Below, in pieces: positions 63,803 to 64,000 of a DNA stretch of 64,000 bases; within the stretch, counting starts at the first letter, position 1; every line of letters begins with the position of its first letter. This stretch comes from Pseudobdellovibrionaceae bacterium (lineage in GTDB: Bacteria > Bdellovibrionota > Bdellovibrionia > Bdellovibrionales > UBA1609): positions 64,744 to 128,743 of the forward strand of contig JAUVAX010000003.1 of NCBI GenBank assembly GCA_030591685.1, in the 5' to 3' direction. The notes under the pieces were generated by a model. The model was not told the origin of the DNA. It saw nothing but the letters and a program-made list of their open reading frames with translations, and ran no database searches. A program made the position numbers and the translations under genes.

Positions 63803-64000
63803 TTTTTTCTATCCTAAGTACGGCTTTATCAAGTTTTGATTTAAGTTCAGCATACGTCATGTTTTTATAAAAAATTTTATCCCTCTTTTTTGTGAAAATT
63901 ATATTAATATCAGCACCTTTGTTGTCTTTAAAAACAGGCTTTTTATTCTTAAAATACACCCGGCACCATTTTTTGAGTCTATTTCTAACAACAGCATTTC
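63784..64000 (-). CDS. rnpA: Ribonuclease P protein component RnpA (5' end beyond window)
   Basis: Not in the ORF track because the start lies outside the window. My minus-strand translation reads ...AVVRNRLKKWCRVYFKNKKPVFKDNKGADINIIFTKKRDKIFYKNMTYAELKSKLDKAVLRIEKKCIVRC*. It contains the RnpA AVVRNR(L/I)KR motif. The stop overlaps the yidD start. Confidence 0.8.

Overview
This 64-kb, AT-rich window is almost entirely core, origin-proximal chromosome, and I see no defence island, CRISPR array, transposase, integrase, tRNA or rRNA. Gene content, low GC and frequent TTG/GTG starts suggest a Bdellovibrio-and-like or Oligoflexia-type proteobacterium, but that is inference only. The right third is a minus-strand block in the Bacillus-like order: rnpA (partial), yidD, yidC, jag, mnmE, mnmG, rsmG, parA, parB. 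A bactofilin gene and the ATP synthase genes atpF'-F-H-A-G-D-C follow, so rpmH, dnaA and oriC should lie just beyond position 64000. Other content: rplU-rpmA-obg-nadD/rsfS-rlmH-comF, RNase G, pilT, a deoC-deoA-punA nucleoside-salvage operon, an S8 protease, asnS, and a three-gene biotin acyl-CoA carboxylase. Also present are tatAC, an M16 peptidase, hemW, grpE with a CbpA-like J-protein, lon, a patatin-like lipase, mfd and a GH3 hexosaminidase. The most unusual points are: (1) a complex I operon with only membrane-arm genes (nuoA-H-J-K-L-M-N); (2) two parS palindromes tightly bracketing a small opposite-strand lipoprotein gene; (3) bactofilin apparently translationally coupled to parB; (4) an uninterrupted NadD-RsfS fusion ORF; (5) ribosomal protein L21 with an 80-aa KKKTA-repeat tail. 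Also of note are GC-rich, hairpin-dense leaders ahead of a Cys-poor DksA paralogue and ahead of the patatin gene. No convincing wholly new multi-gene system is visible. All calls rest on motif reading of the supplied translations and on my own translation of unlisted edge ORFs.
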